Positions 17,852-26,323 of a stretch of DNA of 32,530 nucleotides are shown piece after piece. Positions within the stretch are counted from its first letter, which is position 1, and every line of letters begins with the position of its first letter. Under the pieces are notes generated by a model, which searched no databases, was not told the origin of the DNA, and worked only from the letters and a program-made list of their open reading frames with translations. Origin of the DNA: a virus (Duplodnaviria; Caudoviricetes); IMG/VR virus record IMGVR_UViG_3300037722_000994, positions 1 to 32,530 of that record. One strand, written 5' to 3'. Made by a program: the position numbers and the translations under genes.

Positions 17852-17874
17852 ACCCGCCCCATAATGAGGCGGGT
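17852..17874 (-). terminator. GC-rich hairpin after the tail tube gene (weak terminator or mRNA-stabilising stem)
   Basis: ACCCGCCTCAT-T-ATGGGGCGGGT on the minus strand with a poor U-tract. Confidence 0.55.
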
Positions 17875-17885
17875 TATGATATCAA

Positions 17886-18308
17886 TTAAGTGGACAGGGT
17901 CACCGGGCCGGAAATCTTGATGGTAACAGCACAAGTGATTTTGTCATCCATTGGAACATCCAACGGAAGCTCAGTAACCAAACCTGAGAAATCAAACGTG
18001 GTAGCACCACTGTCAGGAAGTACGATCTGATAATCCCGAAGGCTATCGGATTCGAAATCATCCTTCATGTCGTTGTACCCGGCAAGGCTGAAGTTCATAT
18101 TGAACTGAATGGTGCCGCCATCGCGGAACCCGCCGATAAACTCCCGGTAGCCACCGGTACTATCGAGGCTGGTTACATCAATAGTATCCCGGCTCATCGA
18201 TGGGCCAGTGATATTATTGACTTCAGCAATGGACGTAAATGCAGGGGAGCTTGCCATATCGGAACGCTTAAAACTTGCGCCGACACCTGAAATCGCGTTA
18301 CTTGGCAT
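17886..18308 (-). CDS. major tail tube protein
   Basis: I.EV..I.GP.MSRDTIDVT.LDS..GYREFI.G.RD.G...F..N and TIKISG. AGGAGGT RBS. Confidence 0.92.
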   Translation of the reverse strand: MPSNAISGVGASFKRSDMASSPAFTSIAEVNNITGPSMSRDTIDVTSLDSTGGYREFIGGFRDGGTIQFNMNFSLAGYNDMKDDFESDSLRDYQIVLPDSGATTFDFSGLVTELPLDVPMDDKITCAVTIKISGPVTLST

Positions 18309-18321
18309 GGTGTACCTCCTT

Positions 18322-18711
18322 CTAAGGTGTGGTTGTGCGGTGAGTTGCGAAGTTCACCGAAAATTCATAATGCTGACGCGAAGGTTCCGGAGCTAAGTCA
18401 TGTATATCGCCTTCACACAAGATTTGCACATAGCGTGCCCCATTGATTTTCACATTATTTCTACCGTGTAAATGGCTTTTAACAGCTAGGGCCAAGGCAT
18501 AGCCCGCCTCGTAGGTAGAAGAGCGCACCAGGGCAAGAATCGTTGGCCTGGCGTAGTCGTAATTAGGGGCGTTACCCCACCCGCCCGTGTTGTAAAACGT
18601 AATACAGTCCAAAGGGGCTTCAGGCTGCACGCTTACAAACACATCGGTTCCATCGACTGGGCTTGCCGATTCAAGCATCATGTCTGCCATATCTTGAGCG
18701 GGGCTTTTCAT
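18322..18711 (-). CDS. tail terminator / minor capsid-3-like protein
   Basis: P..P..CI..Y.TGG...P....VR...Y ... FSVNF pattern. Immediately upstream of the tail tube. Confidence 0.75.
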   Translation of the reverse strand: MKSPAQDMADMMLESASPVDGTDVFVSVQPEAPLDCITFYNTGGWGNAPNYDYARPTILALVRSSTYEAGYALALAVKSHLHGRNNVKINGARYVQILCEGDIHDLAPEPSRQHYEFSVNFATHRTTTP

Positions 18712-19179
18712 TTATACACTAGCCTCCGTCTTGATGATATTAACAATATCCGACACACTGCTCTTGACAGCTGCTTCAAGATACTTGGCTTGGCCTACGC
18801 TATGGGGAACGTTAACGTGCTCGTGAACTGCCGCTGCATATGTCGTGGAATAGCCAACCTCTACTTTAGGGTCGCTACCGGTTACACGGGCACGGGCATC
18901 GTTAAGTGCACTGATCCTATTAATGGTTTGTTTTGCTGCATCGCGGCGGGTATTGACAAAATTAGGAGTGGCTACATGGTTTACCGCACTGTTAGAAACA
19001 ATGTACACGCTCTTTTGCAGGTTGCTGGTATCAACAGGAACAAGAGTAGAGGACTTTCTCATAATCAATAGACCCGCACGCACCAAACCCCGCTCAGTAC
19101 CACCTTTGATCTTGTTGATGGACTTTTGCAGGTTGGCGATTACAGTATCTCTACCGGTTATGTTTAAGTTTTTACTCAT
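18712..19179 (-). CDS. HK97 gp10-like tail completion/neck protein
   Basis: VPVDT.NL..S, VGYS..YA..VHE and GQAKYLE motifs. Confidence 0.82.
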   Translation of the reverse strand: MSKNLNITGRDTVIANLQKSINKIKGGTERGLVRAGLLIMRKSSTLVPVDTSNLQKSVYIVSNSAVNHVATPNFVNTRRDAAKQTINRISALNDARARVTGSDPKVEVGYSTTYAAAVHEHVNVPHSVGQAKYLEAAVKSSVSDIVNIIKTEASV

Positions 19180-19526
19180 GCCATCATTGCCTTATAAAGA
19201 ACGTCAGCTCCATCTAAACTCGAGGATTCCTGAACACTTCCTATTAAACGTGCACCAACCAAATTTTCAGGGGCAGCCTTCTGCCCGGCTGTCAAACCGG
19301 TCAAAGCACCCTTGTACAAATAACCACCATCTATGATACTTGTTGTAGAGTATATAATAGACCGTGACCGTTGTACACGTCCTTCTTGGTCGACAAACTC
19401 TTCCTGCTTGTCTTGCCACCTGACATCAATAGAAACAGGCGCTACAAAAACGCGCTTTCCGAACCTATCCTGTCCGTTAGGTGCCCAATAAACGGCTTTT
19501 GTAGGCAAAGCGGAAGCTAGGTTCAT
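19176..19526 (-). CDS. head closure (stopper) protein
   Basis: AVYW....D.FG...F..P..I.VRW pattern. Position in the neck module. Confidence 0.72.
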   Translation of the reverse strand: MNLASALPTKAVYWAPNGQDRFGKRVFVAPVSIDVRWQDKQEEFVDQEGRVQRSRSIIYSTTSIIDGGYLYKGALTGLTAGQKAAPENLVGARLIGSVQESSSLDGADVLYKAMMA

Positions 19527-19900
19527 GAATAATCCTCCGATATAGCTACAACTTCTGCGGACCGCTTGCCCATGGTGCTGGCAAAGATGCCGGTGATATC
19601 AAGTACCATAACCTGCTTACCATATGGGGTAGCATCCAACCCGCTTTTAAATCCACCACCAAGGATGAATTTATCTGTGGCATCACCAACAGTACGCTCA
19701 CGTATGCGTGGATCGCGCACGGCTACGAAATGGGCTGCCAACCACCGCTCAATCTCTTTAAGCAGTTCTACGGACAGAGAGGAACTTCCCAACTTTTCCG
19801 TGACTAATAGATTGGCAGCCGTGATAAATGCTGATACATCTAAACCAGAAACAACGTCGATTATAGCCTGCACCTCTTCTGCTGTTACCCGGTTAGCCAT
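19523..19900 (-). CDS. head-tail adaptor/connector protein
   Basis: IERWLAAHF, L..TPYG.Q...LD.TG. GAGGTG RBS. First neck gene. Confidence 0.78.
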   Translation of the reverse strand: MANRVTAEEVQAIIDVVSGLDVSAFITAANLLVTEKLGSSSLSVELLKEIERWLAAHFVAVRDPRIRERTVGDATDKFILGGGFKSGLDATPYGKQVMVLDITGIFASTMGKRSAEVVAISEDYS

Positions 19901-19908
19901 ATGTCACC

Positions 19909-20622
19909 TCAAACAGAGTTAATTTTTCTACGTGCCGACTTATCAATAAATAGCTTACGATTGCGCTCCAACAAGACCCGTAAGGCAGGCGTCGTCTTCA
20001 GCTTTTCGTGTTCTTGGTGCAATACTAACACCGTGTCGTCCGTTTTACAAAGTAAATTTGCGGCGTAGACTTTATCTATAAAGTCGTCATCGTCATAACA
20101 ATATCCGTCTGCATAGTCCTCATCAAACCCACCGAGAACGTTATAAATGTTCTTGTCTATGGCCGTGCAGAAGTGGTACTGCTTATTCCTGTGGACACTG
20201 TGCTGATACCACATGATAGGGGCACCCAACATGGAATTGTATTCTTGTAAAGCTCCCGCATACTTCACATGCCTGCATGCAGCAATGGGATACGCAACGC
20301 TGCACTCGTTAAACGAACGGTCGAAAAACTCTAATACATCCGACACGTGGTAACACTCAGGATTAGTTATGATAAAATGTGTACCCATAGCTTCCTGTGC
20401 TGCCTGGTTGTAGGCAACACATGGATTTAACGCATCCTGTTTACCACGAACAATATGGATACGCGGGTCGGTATAACCTCCCAAATCATCCACACACTTT
20501 TTATCTTGGACAACGATAACTTCCCAATCTGACCGGTCCCCGTACCACCAATACAACGACAGCAGCGTATTATGAAATTGATTTTTGCGCCTGTAATAAG
20601 GCATCAAAAAACTGTACTTCAT
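19909..20622 (-). CDS. glycosyltransferase, GT2/GT7C-like
   Basis: SFLMPYY.R, EVIVVQD, AYNQAA..A.G and GGFDE.Y..G..YDDDDF. Start at 20622 with GGGAG RBS. The DXD position reads NPE. Confidence 0.88.
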   Translation of the reverse strand: MKYSFLMPYYRRKNQFHNTLLSLYWWYGDRSDWEVIVVQDKKCVDDLGGYTDPRIHIVRGKQDALNPCVAYNQAAQEAMGTHFIITNPECYHVSDVLEFFDRSFNECSVAYPIAACRHVKYAGALQEYNSMLGAPIMWYQHSVHRNKQYHFCTAIDKNIYNVLGGFDEDYADGYCYDDDDFIDKVYAANLLCKTDDTVLVLHQEHEKLKTTPALRVLLERNRKLFIDKSARRKINSV

Positions 20623-20623
20623 T

Positions 20624-21427
20624 TTACCAAGCTCCCAGTTGGTCATTGATGGCCATGATAATGAGCATATTTGAGTGTAGCTTTTCACTTCTTACCTGGG
20701 TCAGTTCATTTTCCCATTTACGAAACTCGCGTGCCCCGGCATACCAATGCAGACCAATAGTTTCTTCTGGAAAATTGTAATGGCCCCGTTCAAAATACCG
20801 TATAGACTTGCGTATTGTATGGAAGGGGTACACGGTAGCCGTGGGTAGTGTCGGCTTTTCGTTGTACTGTTGCACAACCTCCTCTAGAATGTGCCTGCCT
20901 AAACTTTGGTACCCAAGCTCGCCGCCATCCTCCAACAAAGCGCTCGCCGCCCAAAGTGCCGTATTGAAGAACACGCGGGCAGATTCGGTATCGGCCCCTA
21001 AGAACCCAACCGGACAAACCATATCGCCCTTTATGCTTTTGTATTGAACAAACCCTGGGGCCTTGCCCATATTTGGCAGCGCGGACATTGGCCGGATATA
21101 CACGATATCAAAATCAGACCACCAACCACCAATAGAAGACAGGGCATGCCACCGCAAAAAGTCACTACGCAATACTTCGGGTATTTTGGGAAGTTCTATA
21201 CTGCGGGTTTCTACATTGCGCAACCGCTTTAACTCAGGCAGCCAATCCTCTCCTAGATATTGGCCCTGCTGTTCACCGGTTGTCCACGTTGGCTTGGCAC
21301 CTTCATCTAACGGCTCCCAAATTATAACTTTCCATTTTGGGTTTAGCCTGAGGAATGTGAATACGGTTTGTGCCCTGAGCCAACTTAACGGCCCGCCGCT
21401 CCAATAAAGATGCAGTAGTTTTTTCAT
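20624..21427 (-). CDS. glycosyltransferase, GT32/DXD sugar-binding (OCH1-like) family
   Basis: K.LHLYW, NP.W.V.IW, SDFLRW..L...GGWWSDFD and LHWY. ATGA overlap sets the start at 21427. Confidence 0.85.
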   Translation of the reverse strand: MKKLLHLYWSGGPLSWLRAQTVFTFLRLNPKWKVIIWEPLDEGAKPTWTTGEQQGQYLGEDWLPELKRLRNVETRSIELPKIPEVLRSDFLRWHALSSIGGWWSDFDIVYIRPMSALPNMGKAPGFVQYKSIKGDMVCPVGFLGADTESARVFFNTALWAASALLEDGGELGYQSLGRHILEEVVQQYNEKPTLPTATVYPFHTIRKSIRYFERGHYNFPEETIGLHWYAGAREFRKWENELTQVRSEKLHSNMLIIMAINDQLGAW

Positions 21428-21924
21428 ACAAAGTATCCTTTCCATACACCTAAGAAGCAATTGTCAACTAACCTGGGCACGGTGGCTGCTTTGAAATCAA
21501 ACAACTCGCCCCTATGCCACACACTTTTATGAGTGTTGTAGGTGTTTTGGTAGTAATCGCTCTTTTCGTCATTAACAAACTGAGTATTAGGATCCCATTG
21601 TATGGGTGTTAGGATGATTACCGTTTTACCAATGCGTTTGGCCTGCCTTAAAATCACCTCGCCACGGGCCTTAGACAAATGCTCTATTACATCAAGCATG
21701 AGCACAACATCAAACCGTGCCTTGAAGAGAGGTAAGTCATAAACCTCCAAGTCAAGCAACATGTCAGGCTCAAACCGCTCCCACGCATCTATGCCGGTAA
21801 AATTGGCGTTGATGTGCTGCCAATACCACTTATTACCACAACCAATATCTAAGACAGTATTACCAGCTTTGATAATGCTTTTCAAAAAAGCCAACAGCTC
21901 CGGAGACTGTATTTCCCTTTTCAT
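21424..21924 (-). CDS. class I SAM-dependent methyltransferase
   Basis: VLDIGCG, GIDA, FDVV..LDVIEHL, TP and H...W motifs. Confidence 0.9.
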   Translation of the reverse strand: MKREIQSPELLAFLKSIIKAGNTVLDIGCGNKWYWQHINANFTGIDAWERFEPDMLLDLEVYDLPLFKARFDVVLMLDVIEHLSKARGEVILRQAKRIGKTVIILTPIQWDPNTQFVNDEKSDYYQNTYNTHKSVWHRGELFDFKAATVPRLVDNCFLGVWKGYFV

Positions 21925-22904
21925 ACAAAATCCTCATGATCAAGTGGTGTAAGTATCGCCTCTAGGGCTTGGTTGTAATCTGAGTAGTAACACCGTGCAC
22001 AATTGGAACCATCAAAGGGCGTTTGCTGTATGTACCGTAACCGCCATGAAAAAAGATTACCCATAACCATACGGTCATCAAAATCAAGGGCCGGTGGCTC
22101 CATGGCATATTGCACGCCACAACAAGGGAACATCTTCCCGTCAGAGCTAAACATTGGTTTTAACAGGCTTATCCAGCAGCGTTTTGCGCCCAGTGTTGCT
22201 GTTTTACGGCCTTGGTAAATAACAAGGCTGTCGTTGATACCAAGCAACTGTATGTGTTTCTGCACCTCTGCCATTTCAGGCACATTTTCCGTGTCAAGCA
22301 AGTCGCTAACAATACGGACATGAGTAAAGTTGTATGAATTAGCAAACTCTATTACCCGTGCCAACTTATCATAATCGGGAACTTCTGAAAGTACATAACT
22401 GAAAGCCCAGCCAAGCATGCCGTTAGATTTAGAGTGTGCCACACGAACGCTACCCAACACTTCTTCAATGTCCCTGTCATCAGACACGCTTACCCGTAAC
22501 CAAGACAACGTGTTTAAGGAGGCTTGTGAAACTTTCGGTAACAAAATACCATTGGACACAAGCCCTGACCGCATACCAAGTGTTTTTACGATTTCTATAA
22601 TCTTATCGAACTTAGGGTGCATCACAGGCTCGCCGCCGCCAGTAATTGTTACAGCCCGTGCCCCTGCCATGGATAGTTTGGACAATAGTACAGCTATATC
22701 CTGTAAAAGCATCTCGTCTTTAATGCCTCTGTTGGCACATGAGCAAAAGGAACATTTAAGATTGCACCGGTTGGTAAGGCTTATCTGCGGGTGTACAGGA
22801 AGTACGGCCCCGGCACTAACACATTGATGCAGCCTGCGCAACAATTTGGCAGGAAACACACTTGCAGCAGTATAGCTCTGTCTTCTAGTATCTTCGTTCA
22901 TCAT
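21921..22904 (-). CDS. radical SAM enzyme with C-terminal SPASM/twitch-type Cys domain
   Basis: CNLKCSFC (CxxxCxxC), TGGGEP, SNG, then C...DG..FPCC...GN...C..C. Start at 22904 or 22901, overlapping the upstream stop. Confidence 0.92.
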   Translation of the reverse strand: MMNEDTRRQSYTAASVFPAKLLRRLHQCVSAGAVLPVHPQISLTNRCNLKCSFCSCANRGIKDEMLLQDIAVLLSKLSMAGARAVTITGGGEPVMHPKFDKIIEIVKTLGMRSGLVSNGILLPKVSQASLNTLSWLRVSVSDDRDIEEVLGSVRVAHSKSNGMLGWAFSYVLSEVPDYDKLARVIEFANSYNFTHVRIVSDLLDTENVPEMAEVQKHIQLLGINDSLVIYQGRKTATLGAKRCWISLLKPMFSSDGKMFPCCGVQYAMEPPALDFDDRMVMGNLFSWRLRYIQQTPFDGSNCARCYYSDYNQALEAILTPLDHEDFV

Positions 22905-23530
22905 ACTCTCCATTGTACTTCGTGCGGATGTGGCTTACCATGGAATGAAACGACGTTAACCATGCTTGGTTTGCCGTTTAAAATGTCACGTTTGTAACTG
23001 CATACCCCTTCTTGAATACTCTGTATACTAGCCCAAGATACATTAAGATGGTTTCGTACAAAGGCTTGATCACCCCTATCGCTTCTACCACCCCTATCAT
23101 GTGTTTTTATATAACATGAAGGCTTGGTCATGAATTTGTCAAATAAATGATACAATTGGCTTCTATCAAACGCCATTATTCCGGTGGCCAATTTGCCTGG
23201 ATAATAAAAGTCATCTAGAAATAGAGGTACTTCGCCATCATATGTTAGAAGAGGAGTTAAATCGCCTGTGATTATTGTATCTAAATCAAAATAAACAATA
23301 CGGGAATCAAGTAACACGCCGCTGTATAGAAACATCTTATTCCACCAACCGGGGAGCACATCTGGAATAAGCACACCTTCATCACCAAGCTTCTTATAAA
23401 AGGTTTTGTCAGTAGTTATACAGCGGAATTGGAGTGGGGTGGATTGCTTTAGGATGGCCTCTCGTAGCCGGTAAACGTACTCTTCCGTAAAACCCTTACC
23501 GGGCTTATATACACAGGCTACCGTTACCAT
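22901..23530 (-). CDS. glycosyltransferase, GT-A fold, GT8-like
   Basis: GWWNK..L, YFDLD (DXD), GDQ.F and V.FHGKP.P motifs. Confidence 0.82.
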   Translation of the reverse strand: MVTVACVYKPGKGFTEEYVYRLREAILKQSTPLQFRCITTDKTFYKKLGDEGVLIPDVLPGWWNKMFLYSGVLLDSRIVYFDLDTIITGDLTPLLTYDGEVPLFLDDFYYPGKLATGIMAFDRSQLYHLFDKFMTKPSCYIKTHDRGGRSDRGDQAFVRNHLNVSWASIQSIQEGVCSYKRDILNGKPSMVNVVSFHGKPHPHEVQWRV

Positions 23531-24129
23531 TTCAAGGTCTCCTCAAAGTCAACAAAGGGGAACACAGTCAGTGCGCTGTCTTCGGTAGCATTAAAACAGG
23601 CTACGCCCAGGGTATCAAGGCCGAGCTTAATGTGTGTAAATGCTTCTAAGAAACGTTTTTCATATATGTTATCTTGTGCACGGTGTTTATGGTAGTTGTG
23701 CCAATTGTGGTTTCCGTCCACAAGCTTCATGTCATAGCCAAGTAGTACAATGCGTTTTGCACCTAGATGAACAGCTAGGTTTATGGCACTTGCACCAGTG
23801 CTTCTGTTCCAAGCAACCGCATTTGGCTGCTTATCGATACCAAACAACTGCCTGCTGCGATTTATTTGGATAATTCCCGGTGACCACTTTGTTCTATGGG
23901 CACAGGTGTACTTTAGACCGGTGAATTTAGAAAGCCCTTCTTTGTTCCAATCATGAAAACGGCAGTCGCCAAACCAACATACATCTGCCCATGGGGCAAT
24001 GTAGAAGGCAGCGTTGCACGCTATGATACGTCTATCCTGGAGGCGGGACACATCAACTTTAGCAAGCGATGGCCCGCCCCCAAGGATAAAACACGTTGCA
24101 TCATCCCAAAGTTTATGAACCGAGCTCAT
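23524..24129 (-). CDS. DUF115/Maf/MptE-like putative glycosyltransferase (CstII-like Rossmann fold)
   Basis: CFILGGGPSL, IIACN, STG..AINLA..LGAKRI.LLGYD and NAT..SAL..FP motifs. Start uncertain (24129 or 24147). Confidence 0.78.
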   Translation of the reverse strand: MSSVHKLWDDATCFILGGGPSLAKVDVSRLQDRRIIACNAAFYIAPWADVCWFGDCRFHDWNKEGLSKFTGLKYTCAHRTKWSPGIIQINRSRQLFGIDKQPNAVAWNRSTGASAINLAVHLGAKRIVLLGYDMKLVDGNHNWHNYHKHRAQDNIYEKRFLEAFTHIKLGLDTLGVACFNATEDSALTVFPFVDFEETLKW

Positions 24130-24649
24130 CGACAAGGGCCTTGGCACGTTTGAGTGGTAAGGGCCTATCGTTCAGTTTGCGGCCTTCAGCAGTGAACACA
24201 TCAAAGCCGCCCTCTGTAGGGGTGATAATGGGAAGGCGAATTTCGCCGGTAAAGTCGGGTTCATTCAAAATGTCCCAACCATCCATGAAAGCTGCTGGAA
24301 TAGCACCGGCTGTATTGCTCTCAAAGATATCGCCTGGGCCGTATGATACATGGTTGATCTGCGTTGCACGGTACCCCTTTTTACGGCGATAACGATAGAT
24401 AACATCGTGAACAGGCGCTTCGGTAGGTGCGTCAGTACCATCATCACCCTGATTATCGGCCTGTGTCGGCGCATCGGTAGGTTCGGGGGTAGTTGCACCC
24501 GCCTCTTGCTCCGAAGTAGGCGCTGCGGCCTGTTCTGGTGCCGAGGCTGCGGCTTCGGGGGCCGGAGCTTGTGCTGCCTTGGTGGCTGCGGGGGTCTTGG
24601 TGGCTTTCTTGGGGATGGTTTCCTCAGTTTTAGCTGTTTTTCTGGCCAT
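24113..24649 (-). CDS. Ala/Pro/Thr-rich low-complexity protein with small C-terminal domains
   Basis: AAGGGAG RBS before ATG 24649. About 80-aa disordered-looking region with TDAPT twice, then GGFDV....LN..PL motif. Confidence 0.8.
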   Translation of the reverse strand: MARKTAKTEETIPKKATKTPAATKAAQAPAPEAAASAPEQAAAPTSEQEAGATTPEPTDAPTQADNQGDDGTDAPTEAPVHDVIYRYRRKKGYRATQINHVSYGPGDIFESNTAGAIPAAFMDGWDILNEPDFTGEIRLPIITPTEGGFDVFTAEGRKLNDRPLPLKRAKALVDELGS

Positions 24650-24671
24650 GGCTATTTCTCCCTTATAGTGG

Positions 24672-24711
24672 ATAAACAAAGCCCCGGCCCCCAACATAGG
24701 AGGGCCGGGGC
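24672..24711 (-). terminator. Rho-independent terminator after the major capsid gene
   Basis: Perfect 10-bp stem GCCCCGGCCC/GGGCCGGGGC (24681-24711) followed by TTTGTTTAT on the minus strand. Confidence 0.85.
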
Positions 24712-24738
24712 ATCCTTCATATTATGCTACTGTCTGTG

Positions 24739-25785
24739 TTACACGCTACCGTGGCACACGCCGCACTTGCCGTCTTGGTCAGCACGGATTTGCGGGATTT
24801 GGATCGCCATAACCTTGAAGTGGTGCAGCATGTTACCTTCGCTGGTCCACTCAACGGGGGTAATGTCCATGCCCTTAACGAGGCGCACGGTTTCGATGCT
24901 CATGGAAACGAGCAGCACATTACCCACGGTCAGGTTATCGATAACCTTGATTTCGCTCAGGTTGCCGATTTCGAGCAGGCGCTGGCGGATGGTCTTGGGA
25001 TAACCGGAGGTGTAATCCTCATCCAAAACCGTTTCGTATGCTGCCGGGATGTACAACACATACGGGCCAAACTTCTTGTCAGCAAGGAGCGCCTGTTTCA
25101 TGGCATTTACATCAGCCAGGATCGTTGCGCCTGTGGCTGCCGAGAGATTCCAACCGGCCGTCAGGGTGTAGGTATTCCGGTTTGGATGGTTGGAGTAGCC
25201 GTACAGGGTACCGCCGCCGAAGGTGAAGTTCGTGCCACCAACGGTCAAACCATTGAACAGGATGTTTTCGATCTTGTCAGCAACCTTGATACCGGCAAGC
25301 TGGCCCATGGTTGTATCCAGGGGATCGCCCGTGGTACGGGAAGCAGCGAGGGTACGTGCATTGATGTCGAAGTCCTTGTAAACAAGCGGCAAGGGCAGGT
25401 ACTTGATGCTGAAGTCCGGCGCATCACCCTTGCTCCGACGTGCTCCGTCCATCGAAACTTCGGCTTCGTTGATGTCCCCAACGTCTTCGTACTCGAGCAC
25501 GGTTTTCCCAAGCCCGTTGCCAATGGTGTACACCAGGCCGCGACGCTCGAGGTCAGCTACACCAACAAGGCGGTTCTGAGCGGCCTTGAGGATAGCTTCG
25601 TCGTACTGTTTCCACTCATCCTTACGGAGGGTGGCATTTGTTGCCAAAGAGGGCGTGTTGTTCAAGTTAATGAACGCCCGGCCATCGGCCTCAAGCCACG
25701 GGCGGAGTGCCGTAACATTCATCCCGCTGGCTTGAAGACGCTGTGCTACCGATCCATAGGCAGCGCCATTGATGATCAGATCCAT
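24739..25785 (-). CDS. major capsid protein (HK97 fold, Linocin M18/encapsulin-like)
   Basis: 348 aa after the protease and decoration genes. EW...D.A...A...L, PLP....DF.I..R.L and GPY.L...Y motifs. AAAGGAG RBS, GC-rich codon usage and a downstream terminator. Confidence 0.88.
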   Translation of the reverse strand: MDLIINGAAYGSVAQRLQASGMNVTALRPWLEADGRAFINLNNTPSLATNATLRKDEWKQYDEAILKAAQNRLVGVADLERRGLVYTIGNGLGKTVLEYEDVGDINEAEVSMDGARRSKGDAPDFSIKYLPLPLVYKDFDINARTLAASRTTGDPLDTTMGQLAGIKVADKIENILFNGLTVGGTNFTFGGGTLYGYSNHPNRNTYTLTAGWNLSAATGATILADVNAMKQALLADKKFGPYVLYIPAAYETVLDEDYTSGYPKTIRQRLLEIGNLSEIKVIDNLTVGNVLLVSMSIETVRLVKGMDITPVEWTSEGNMLHHFKVMAIQIPQIRADQDGKCGVCHGSV

Positions 25786-25820
25786 AATCCTTCTCCTTTG
25801 TTAAAATAGGTTAAAATACG

Positions 25821-26288
25821 TTAAACGATCATCACGTCAACAAAGCCATCCGGGTCGGCACCGGAGCTACCGCTCATATCAACGGCGGCCATGGCAATAC
25901 CCACGATCGTATTGTAGTAGTAGATGCCGGTACTGTCCACAACATGGGCCTGTACAGTTCCATCGCCAGCGCTTTCGAGTTTGGCCCCGATAGCAACATT
26001 CTGGCCATCTTTCAAACGCAATTGCACACGGTCACCGGGGCGTGCAACGGCGCACTGCACAACGTTATTGGCAGAGTACGCATCATCAACGTCGTTACCC
26101 TGCATGCTGTCTTCGAGGGCAACAAGAACGGGGGCTACGTTACCTGCGGCGGCACTGTGCTTCTGCACTTGGCCATCGGAGGTAATTTCAAGTAGATGCC
26201 CCGGCGAGAGTGCTGCCGCAGCAACAAACTCTTCACGGATTCCCGAATAATCTTTCAGGAGGGTTGTATTACGCTTCGTCCACGACAT
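25821..26288 (-). CDS. capsid decoration/cement protein
   Basis: A...L.PG.L, PGD.V...L..G..V..G..L...GDG pattern. Lies between scaffold and capsid. AAGGAG RBS. Confidence 0.78.
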   Translation of the reverse strand: MSWTKRNTTLLKDYSGIREEFVAAAALSPGHLLEITSDGQVQKHSAAAGNVAPVLVALEDSMQGNDVDDAYSANNVVQCAVARPGDRVQLRLKDGQNVAIGAKLESAGDGTVQAHVVDSTGIYYYNTIVGIAMAAVDMSGSSGADPDGFVDVMIV

Positions 26289-26323
26289 GGTTTAGGTCTC
26301 CTTCTTCCTAAAGGGTTGCTGGA

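Noticed and set aside
19909-24129. Serotype-conversion moron or captured host LPS locus
   Set aside because: No flippase, polymerase or membrane GT, no evident own promoter/terminator pair, and tight coupling to the virion genes. DNA glycosylation remains a less favoured but untested alternative.
24724-25809. 361-aa plus-strand ORF antisense to the major capsid gene
   Set aside because: It mirrors the capsid gene almost end to end, has no recognisable motifs and no clear RBS. This is the expected shadow of biased codon usage.
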